Origin: Ktedonobacterales bacterium
GTDB taxonomy: Bacteria > Chloroflexota > Ktedonobacteria > Ktedonobacterales > JADMIN01
Length of the DNA stretch: 32,000 nt
NCBI GenBank assembly: GCA_030167145.1
Contig: CP126532.1
Span: 360,001 to 392,000, forward strand
Direction: 5' to 3'
The translations under genes were made by a program, and so were the position numbers. A model generated the notes under the pieces. It saw nothing but the letters and a program-made list of their open reading frames with translations, was not told the origin of the DNA and ran no database searches. This document shows positions 9,772-16,198 of the stretch, piece after piece (position 1 is the first letter of the stretch; the number at the start of each line of letters is the position of its first letter).

Positions 9772-10791
9772 ATGCAGTGTGTGCTGGCCGTTGACGGCGG
9801 CAACTCGAAAACGCTAGTCCTGGTCGCCGCACTTGATGGCAGCATCATGAGTGTGGAGCGTGGTGGGTGCGGTGACATCTATAACGCGACGCCGAGCGAG
9901 ACTTCGCCTGATCCCACGGCGGCTGCGCTGGAGAATGTGGGGCGTGCGATAACGGCTGCGCTCGACGCGGCCCACATGTCGCGCGAGGACATCGTGACAA
10001 CTGTATTGAACATGGCTGGAGCCGATTGGCCTGAGGATATTGCGTTCTGGCGCGAGGCGATGGTTGAACGAGGTGTTGGCCAACAGGTAAGCGCTCAAAA
10101 TGACGCGCTGGGTGTGCTCTATTTAGGCGGACCAGACGCTGTGGGAGTCTCTATCGTTTGTGGAACGGGAGCAGCTACCGGCGCACGCGCTGCCGATGGC
10201 CGCACCTGGCACAGCAGTTACTGGCAAGATGAGTGGCATGGGAGCGTGCATCTGGGCCAGAAGGCACTATTTGCAGTGTATCGTTCCGCGCTGGGGCTGG
10301 AGCCGCCGACGACACTGACGGAGCGTATCCTGGCCCACCTTGATGCGCCTTCAATAGAGAATGTGTTGCATCGCTTCCATAATCGGCAGCATACGAGCAC
10401 GCCAGGGCAGGTTGACCGTCTGACGCCGATCTTGCTGGATGAGGCTGATGCGGGCGATACGGTGGCGTTACGAGTAGTGCGGGAGCATGGGGCAGGATTG
10501 GGAAAGATTGCGCGGGCAGCTGCCTACAAAGTTGGACTCGAAAATGCAGCGTTTCCGCTTGTGCTGGCAGGCGGTGTATTCCGCCACTCCGCAGCCGCGC
10601 TTGAGGAGGCCATTGTCGCCAGCGTGCGTGCTGGCGCACCTCATGTGCGTCCGGTGCGCAGTCCGGCTGAGCCGGTGATTGGTGTCTTGCTCCAGGCGCT
10701 CAACATGGCAGGGGTAACACTTGATCATGTGGTGCGTGATCGAGTGATGAGTACTACGCCTTCTGGCTTGCTGATGCGCCGCGGTCACTAG
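9772..10791 (+). CDS. BadF/BadG/BcrA/BcrD-type ATPase (N-acetylglucosamine/amino-sugar kinase family)
   Basis: The ATG at 9772 lies 1 nt after the nagB stop. The N-terminus is MQCVLAVDGGNSKT (the ASKHA phosphate-1 motif DGGxSKT), followed by CGTGA and a C-terminal LAGGV motif. Confidence 0.75.
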   Translation: MQCVLAVDGGNSKTLVLVAALDGSIMSVERGGCGDIYNATPSETSPDPTAAALENVGRAITAALDAAHMSREDIVTTVLNMAGADWPEDIAFWREAMVERGVGQQVSAQNDALGVLYLGGPDAVGVSIVCGTGAATGARAADGRTWHSSYWQDEWHGSVHLGQKALFAVYRSALGLEPPTTLTERILAHLDAPSIENVLHRFHNRQHTSTPGQVDRLTPILLDEADAGDTVALRVVREHGAGLGKIARAAAYKVGLENAAFPLVLAGGVFRHSAAALEEAIVASVRAGAPHVRPVRSPAEPVIGVLLQALNMAGVTLDHVVRDRVMSTTPSGLLMRRGH

Positions 10792-10832
10792 TGTGGAGTC
10801 TTGGGCCAAATTCGGGTGTTCATAGGCACGTT

Positions 10833-10864
10833 TTGGCACGAATACCGTGGCTGCGTCTCTACTC
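10833..10864 (+). pseudogene. Orphan 11-codon copy of the replisome-organiser gene start
   Basis: ttg gca cga ata ccg tgg ctg cgt ctc tac tc encodes (L/M)ARIPWLRLYS. The gene start at 12634-12665 encodes MSRIPWLRLYS. The two are 27/32 nt identical, and the last 20 nt are identical. Similarity stops abruptly after 10864. Confidence 0.45.
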
Positions 10865-10933
10865 AATGCGTGCATTGATAAGAAGCTGGCGACGGTGGCG
10901 CTTGCCAAGCGCGGGGTGTGGGTAGTTTGATGG

Positions 10934-11200
10934 GTGTGGTGGTATCGGGCGCTGCTGGGGCTGCGGCTGTGGACGTGGAAAGGTAGTGCGCTCTCGCCCG
11001 AGAACCTGGCCGCGCTGCAACGCTATGTGGAGCCGATCACCGAGATGCCAGACGTGGTGGCGGTGCAGAGTCTGGTAACGGTGGATCACGCGTTGGGGCT
11101 GGCCGACTATCAGCAGCTCTGCGTGCCGCCCAGTGTGAACCCACAGATTGCGGGGGTGGCGGCGCAGCTGAGGAGTTGTGCTGATGAGGAGTTGTGCTGA
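10934..11200 (+). pseudogene. Isolated internal fragment of a larger gene (MMPL/YdfJ-like extracytoplasmic segment?)
   Basis: The 88-aa ORF (...ALSPENLAALQRYVEPITEMPDVVAVQSLVTVDHALGLADYQQLCVPPSVNPQIAGVAAQL...) resembles a loop-domain stretch of MMPL-type transporters. It has no N-terminus, TM segments or C-terminus, so it looks truncated on both sides. The family call is from memory only. Confidence 0.3.
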
Positions 11201-11207
11201 TGAGGAG
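11170..11207. repeat. 16-bp tandem duplication (2 full copies plus 6 nt)
   Basis: gaggagttgtgctgat occurs at 11170-11185 and 11186-11201, and gaggag follows at 11202-11207. The repeat ends 5 bp from the inferred IS110 end. Confidence 0.9.
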
Positions 11208-11224
11208 AGCAACTGTGTTGCCCG

Positions 11225-12430
<1,206 letters not shown>

Positions 12431-12433
12431 AAG

Positions 12434-12507
12434 GGGCAGGTGGGACAGGAATCGAACCTGCAACCTGCGGTTTTGGAGACCTGGGCGCGTTATCCAATGC
12501 GGTCCAG
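12434..12507 (-). tRNA. tRNA-Trp(CCA)-like 3' fragment / pseudo-tRNA (no 5' acceptor strand)
   Basis: The minus strand reads ...GCATTGGATAACGCGCC CAGGT CTCCAAA ACCGC AGGTT GCAGG TTCGATT CCTGT CCCACCT G CCC. It shows a T-arm with a canonical TTCGATT loop, a 5-nt variable loop, an anticodon loop CU-CCA-AA closely resembling E. coli tRNA-Trp, and a D-loop with GG. However, no sequence complementary to CCCACCT is present upstream, and the anticodon stem has 2 mismatches. Confidence 0.5.
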
Positions 12508-12553
12508 ATGTGTTCATCGCATCAGTTTCACACCCCATTTTTAGCTCCTTTCT

Positions 12554-12605
12554 GTCTAACCGCGTCTAACCATGTTGAGCGGCTAAGTGGTCAATTTAGT
12601 GGTCA
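12554..12605 (+). promoter_or_regulatory. Two pairs of short direct repeats upstream of the replisome-organiser gene (operator-like)
   Basis: gtctaacc occurs at 12554-12561 and 12564-12571 (10-bp spacing). agtggtca occurs at 12586-12593 and 12598-12605 (12-bp spacing). Both pairs lie 30-80 bp upstream of the ATG at 12634. Confidence 0.3.
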
Positions 12606-13003
12606 CATCCGCGAACGGTGAGGCGGTAGTGGTATGTCGCGTATCCCGTGGCTGCGTCTCTACTCGGAGGCGCGCATGGATGCCAAATTGCGTGCGCTTA
12701 GCGATGCCGAGCATCGGGTGTGATGTCATTTGCTGTGTCTTGCTGCCGAGCAGGAGGGCGACGAGCGCGGCTCCATCGCGGGCTATGATGATGAGTTGCT
12801 TGCGGTCGAGGTCTGCAATGGCGATGCGGCACTGCTGCGATCCACGATAGATCACCTGAAGAAGCTGCGCATTCTCTCAGAGGATGAGACGGGTGTCGTT
12901 ACCTTCTGCGCCTTTGAGAAGCGGCAGTATGATAAGCCGTCTGATGCGCCGGAGCGTGTGCGTGTACGTGTCGCGGCCCATCGAGCGCGGACTCATGATG
13001 ATG

Positions 13004-13070
13004 GTAACTCGGATGTAACGCCATGTAACGCCTCGGTAACGCCTGGTAACGCGTTGAAACATGGTGTAAC
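13004..13070. repeat. Phased GTAAC iteron array (7 copies, 10-11 bp spacing), a candidate replication-origin binding site
   Basis: GTAAC starts at 13004, 13015, 13025, 13036, 13046 and 13066, with a degenerate GAAAC at 13056. Three copies are the identical GTAACGCC. The intervals are 11, 10, 11, 10, 10 and 10 bp. Confidence 0.6.
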
Positions 13071-13077
13071 GAAGAGA

Positions 13078-13155
13078 GGAGAAGGAGAAGGAGAAGGAGA
13101 AGGAGAAGGAGAAGGAGAAGGAGATACAGATGCAGATGCAGATGCAGATGCAGAT
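13078..13155. repeat. Adjacent hexanucleotide microsatellites (GGAGAA)x7.8 and (GATRCA)x5
   Basis: GGAGAA runs from 13078 to 13124 and encodes (GE)7. gat aca followed by gat gca x4 runs from 13123 to 13155 and encodes DTDADADADAD. Confidence 0.95.
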
Positions 13156-13741
13156 CTCTCCTCTCCAGCAGTGGTTACGAAAGATGATGATGGTGATATA
13201 GGCGGCGGAGGCGGAGAGAACGCGCGCACACGCTCGCGCGAGGAACATCCCGTTCGTCCTGCTGTCCCCGCTGTCGCTGCGCTCCCCGCCGCCGCTGCCG
13301 CCAGTGCTCGATCTCCATCAGCAGAAAATGGTGAGCCAAAGAAGGGGGACCCCAAGCTGACGCAGCAAGCCAGGATGGAGCGCTCCGAGCTTCGAGACCT
13401 CACCGGAGCGGTGGCGCGAGCGGCAAAACTTGCGGCCTATGATGCGGCGGCGCTGGAAACGCTGGTCAGCCGCTACGAGCAGCATGGGCGGGCGTGGCTG
13501 CTGGATGAGGCGTGCGCCGCCGCCGACTGGATTGCGGGCGAGCGGAATAAGAAGTTGAAGGAGAAGCAGCGGCGGATGAATGTGGCGTTCTTGCGCAACT
13601 GGTTCAAGAAGTCCGAGGAGGGGTACGCCGGTGGGCAACATGGACACGCAACCAATCAATCATCAACAAGCGGGCAACAATCAATCGCTATCGGTTCCGC
13701 GTCGGCGGTTTCGGGACCTGGCGGGGTATCACCATCTGTCT

Positions 13742-13824
13742 CAGGCGCTCTCCCAGGCGCTCTCCCAGGATTCCCAGCAGGATTCCCAGCAGGATTCCCA
13801 GCAGGATTCCCAGCAGGATTCCCC
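13742..13824. repeat. 12-bp tandem repeats: (caggcgctctcc)x2 then (caggattcccag)x4.9
   Basis: The units start at 13742, 13754, 13766, 13778, 13790, 13802 and 13814. They encode GALPGALPGFPAGFPAGFPAGFPAGFPG in the organiser frame. Confidence 0.9.
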
Positions 13825-13990
13825 GGCAATGGACGAGGCCGGTACAGCGGGCCAGGATCATTCGGGGGACGGGTCGAGCCAGGGTCGCGGGAATATTGGG
13901 CGCTGCGCAGGCAAATCCGGGAGGAGCGCGAGCGACAGGAACGACAGGAAGCCGCCGCTGCCGCTGGCTCAGCCTAACTCTGGTAGCTCG

Positions 13991-14731
13991 GTGGTGCGCT
14001 TCGCCTGCGATGCGTGCCACGACACGGGTTGGGTGCGGGCGGGAGCGTTCGGTTCCGACACTGGCTGGAAGGCTGATGTGGTGCGGTGTGGCTGCCAGCG
14101 GGAGGCGGATCAGCGGCGGGTGTGGGAGCGGTCGCAGCGGATGAGCAATCTGTCGCCGGAGATGCGGCGGCTGGCCTTTGACGGGTTCGATGCCGGGCGG
14201 TCGGTGAGCATTCAGCAGGCGTACACGGTGATGCTCCGGTTTACCGAGCAGGTGACGGGGTGGGTGGTGCTGAACGGGGCGAGCGGGTTGGGCAAGACGC
14301 ACTTGCTGGCGGCGGCGGCGAATGCGCTGCTGGCGGCGGGGCATGCGCCGGTGTATGTCGTCGCGGTGGACTTTCTGGATTATCTCAAAGCGGCCATGCG
14401 GAGCAGGCAAAACGGCGAAGAATCCGGGAGAGACGCCGATGATGGGTTCGAGACGATGGAGCGGCGGATGGAGCAGGCGCGGACGTGCGAGGTGCTGCTG
14501 CTGGATGATTTGGCGGCGGAGCGGGAGACGGAGTGGTCGGTGGAGCGGTTCTATGCGCTCTTGGAGTATCGCTACCGGAATGCGTTGCCGACGGTGCTGG
14601 CGAGCAACCTGCATCCCGATGACTTTCCGGCGCGGGTGGCGTCGCGGCTGCAAGACCGGCGGTTGTGCCGGGTGGTGGAGATGACTGGTGATGATTATCG
14701 GTTGCGTGCCGAGAGGAGAAGGGGAGCGTGA
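13991..14731 (+). CDS. DnaC/IstB-like AAA+ ATPase (phage helicase-loader type)
   Basis: The Walker A reads LNGASGLGKTHLL and the Walker B reads VLLLDDLAAE. The C-terminal region NALPTVLASN...ASRL is typical of DnaC/IstB. A Cys-rich N-terminus (CDACHDTGW...RCGC) is present. The start is uncertain: the frame is open from 13580, and I take the first GTG after the upstream stop at 13977. Confidence 0.8.
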   Translation: MVRFACDACHDTGWVRAGAFGSDTGWKADVVRCGCQREADQRRVWERSQRMSNLSPEMRRLAFDGFDAGRSVSIQQAYTVMLRFTEQVTGWVVLNGASGLGKTHLLAAAANALLAAGHAPVYVVAVDFLDYLKAAMRSRQNGEESGRDADDGFETMERRMEQARTCEVLLLDDLAAERETEWSVERFYALLEYRYRNALPTVLASNLHPDDFPARVASRLQDRRLCRVVEMTGDDYRLRAERRRGA

Positions 14732-15210
14732 GGGATATGCGAGCGAACAGAAAAGCAATGGTGAAGGCGAAGATGTGGCGTGAGTGGCGCACGGTGTGGG
14801 CGGTTGATGCGGCATGCCAGGTGCGGCAGGTGACGGTGCATAGCTGTCTGGCCGAGGAGGTCGGGGAGGCGAGCGAGGAATCTGAGGCGGTGTCTGCGGC
14901 GGACGGTGCGGGGTGGTGGTATGCGCCGTCGCTGGCGTTCAGTTCGCGGCTGGATGGGCAGCAGGATAGCTTCTTCACGTCGGAGGCAGCGGCGGTGGCG
15001 GCGGCGATCCGGCGGGCGCATGCGCGCATCGTGCTGGCGAACCGGCAACTGGACCGGCTGTATCAGCGGCGGGCGGTGCTGGCGCTGCTGGCGCAGAAGG
15101 CAGAGCGGGCGTGGGGGAAGGCAGGAAAGGGGGGGAAGGCAGGAGCAGAGGAGGAGGACGCAGCCGAGTGTGCGGTGGACGAGTTCATCGAGACGTTGAA
15201 GGGGGCATGA
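14728..15210 (+). CDS. Hypothetical protein (prophage module)
   Basis: 160-aa ORF whose GTG overlaps the DnaC-like stop (GTGA), which suggests translational coupling. An alternative ATG lies at 14737. I recognise no family. It is a GC-rich region, so the coding call is moderate only. Confidence 0.45.
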   Translation: MRDMRANRKAMVKAKMWREWRTVWAVDAACQVRQVTVHSCLAEEVGEASEESEAVSAADGAGWWYAPSLAFSSRLDGQQDSFFTSEAAAVAAAIRRAHARIVLANRQLDRLYQRRAVLALLAQKAERAWGKAGKGGKAGAEEEDAAECAVDEFIETLKGA

Positions 15211-15445
15211 AGCAGGGGTGTGAAGCGGCGGGTGAGCATGGCTCGCGCAGGGGGCTGAGGAGATGCGCGGGGTCGGGGTGTGATTGGAAAGCGAGCGTAC
15301 GTCAGAATGCATCACGTTTGGCGCTCCGTACGTGCGCGCGAGGGTGATGAGGAGGAAGAGGAGGAAAGCGAGAAATCATGGGACGTTGCGCGTGTTCCAC
15401 ACAGGGAGAGGCATGATACCTCCCCCTTGAAGAAAGGCTGAAATC

Positions 15446-15880
15446 ATGGGCGATGATACCGTGCGTGCGCTGTTTAAGCCGATTGAGCAGGAGACGATTC
15501 CCTTCTACGGGCATGATCTGGTGGCCGTACGCTTGGCCGATGGCCGGATCGCGGCGGTCCTCCGGTGGCTCTTTGAAAGCCTGCATCTGGACCGCGCTGG
15601 CCAGATGCAACGTATCGAACGCAAGTCGGCGCTGCGCGACGGCCTCATGGATCCTTATTGATGCGGAAGTGGCAACGGCTGGCGGCCCGCAGACGATGCC
15701 CGCGCTGACCTTGGATGTGTTGCCTGGCTACCTCTTCACGATTGATGAGCACCGCGTGAAGCCAGAGGCACGCGCCGATGTGGTGGTCTTCCAGCGCGAA
15801 TGCGCACAGGTGCTCGCTAGCCACTTCACCCGCAAGCATCAAGCGCATCAAGCGCATCAAGCCCATCAAGCCCTGGTGTC
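15446..15880 (+). pseudogene. P22 Ant-like antirepressor N-terminal domain (P22_AR_N type), frameshifted and 3'-truncated
   Basis: Frame 2 (15446-15661) gives IPFYGHDLVAVRLADGRIAAVLRWLFESLHLDRAGQMQRIERKSALRDGL and then stops. The domain continues in frame 0 as EVATAGGPQTMPALTLDVLPGYLFTIDEHRVKPEARADVVVFQRECAQVLASHF. Together these fit the P22_AR_N pattern, so a frameshift lies near 15640-15662. Downstream sequence becomes antisense to the IS630-like fragment. Confidence 0.65.
15837..15872. repeat. 9-bp tandem repeat x4 (catcaagcg/catcaagcc)
   Basis: The units lie at 15837-45, 15846-54, 15855-63 and 15864-72. They encode HQAHQAHQAHQA. Confidence 0.9.
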
Positions 15881-16147
15881 TCTGGCGCCCATGCCAGCGG
15901 AGGCGGCGGAGGTGGCGGAGGCGGCTTCCAGCCGCGCGCGCAAACTGGCTTCCTGCTCCGGGCCAATGCGGCGCGGGCAGCCGGGAATCGGTTTGCGCTC
16001 CAGGGAACCCGTCTCGCGCTGTTGCACCACGGCGCGTTTCACCGTATTCACGGCCACTCCAAAGCGGCGCGCGGCTTCTCGCATGGGCTGACCCGCTGCC
16101 ACCGCGCGCACCAGGCGTTCTTTCAGGTCGGTCGAATAGGCACGCAT
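15866..16147 (-). pseudogene. IS630/Tc1-type transposase, N-terminal HTH fragment only
   Basis: From the ATG at 16147 the translation is MRAYSTDLKERLVRAVAAGQPMREAARRFGVAVNTVKRAVVQQRETGSLERKPIPGCPRRIGPEQEASLRARLEA. This is the typical IS630-family N-terminal HTH/winged-helix region. Similarity is lost after ~15905 and no DDE domain follows. Confidence 0.7.
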
Positions 16148-16198
16148 ACCTGGGAGCTCCGCATAACCCATGCCTGCCATTGCTTCTCGCAAGTTGCT

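Larger units (their letters stand above)
12634..13977 (+). pseudogene. Phage replisome-organiser-like gene (Phage_rep_org_N type) interrupted by an in-frame TGA at 12721-12723
   Basis: My translation from the ATG at 12634 gives MSRIPWLRLYSEARMDAKLRALSDAEHRV*CHLLCLAAEQEGDERGSIAGYDDELLAVEV...VTFCAFEKRQY. This fits the W.KL....F.D.K...L......W..LL.LA pattern of replisome-organiser N-domains, and the stop sits exactly where the conserved Trp is expected. The ORF track only reports the part after the stop (12730..13977). The C-terminal half is low-complexity. Confidence 0.7.

Noticed and set aside
12434-12507. Idea that the tRNA-Trp-like sequence is a UGA suppressor serving the in-frame TGA 220 bp away
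   Set aside because: The anticodon loop reads CU-CCA-AA (anticodon CCA, which decodes UGG only). The 5' acceptor strand is missing and the anticodon stem is mismatched, so a functional suppressor tRNA is not supported.
12721-12723. Selenocysteine or programmed read-through at the in-frame TGA
   Set aside because: The expected residue at this position is Trp, not Cys or Sec. I saw no obvious downstream SECIS-like hairpin. The neighbouring gene is also inactivated, so simple decay is the more economical explanation.
13078-13155. Regular short repeats (GGAGAA, GATGCA) considered as a possible CRISPR-like array
   Set aside because: The period is 6 bp with no spacers, and the repeats are entirely in-frame within an ORF. 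This is a coding microsatellite, not a CRISPR array. No cas genes are present in the window.
13688-15315. Long minus-strand ORFs (13688..14815, 375 aa; 14385..15029; 14695..15315) opposite the DnaC-like and hypothetical genes
   Set aside because: They have extreme Pro/Arg/His composition and no motifs. They lie antisense to a gene with clear Walker A/B motifs, so they are GC-driven open frames.
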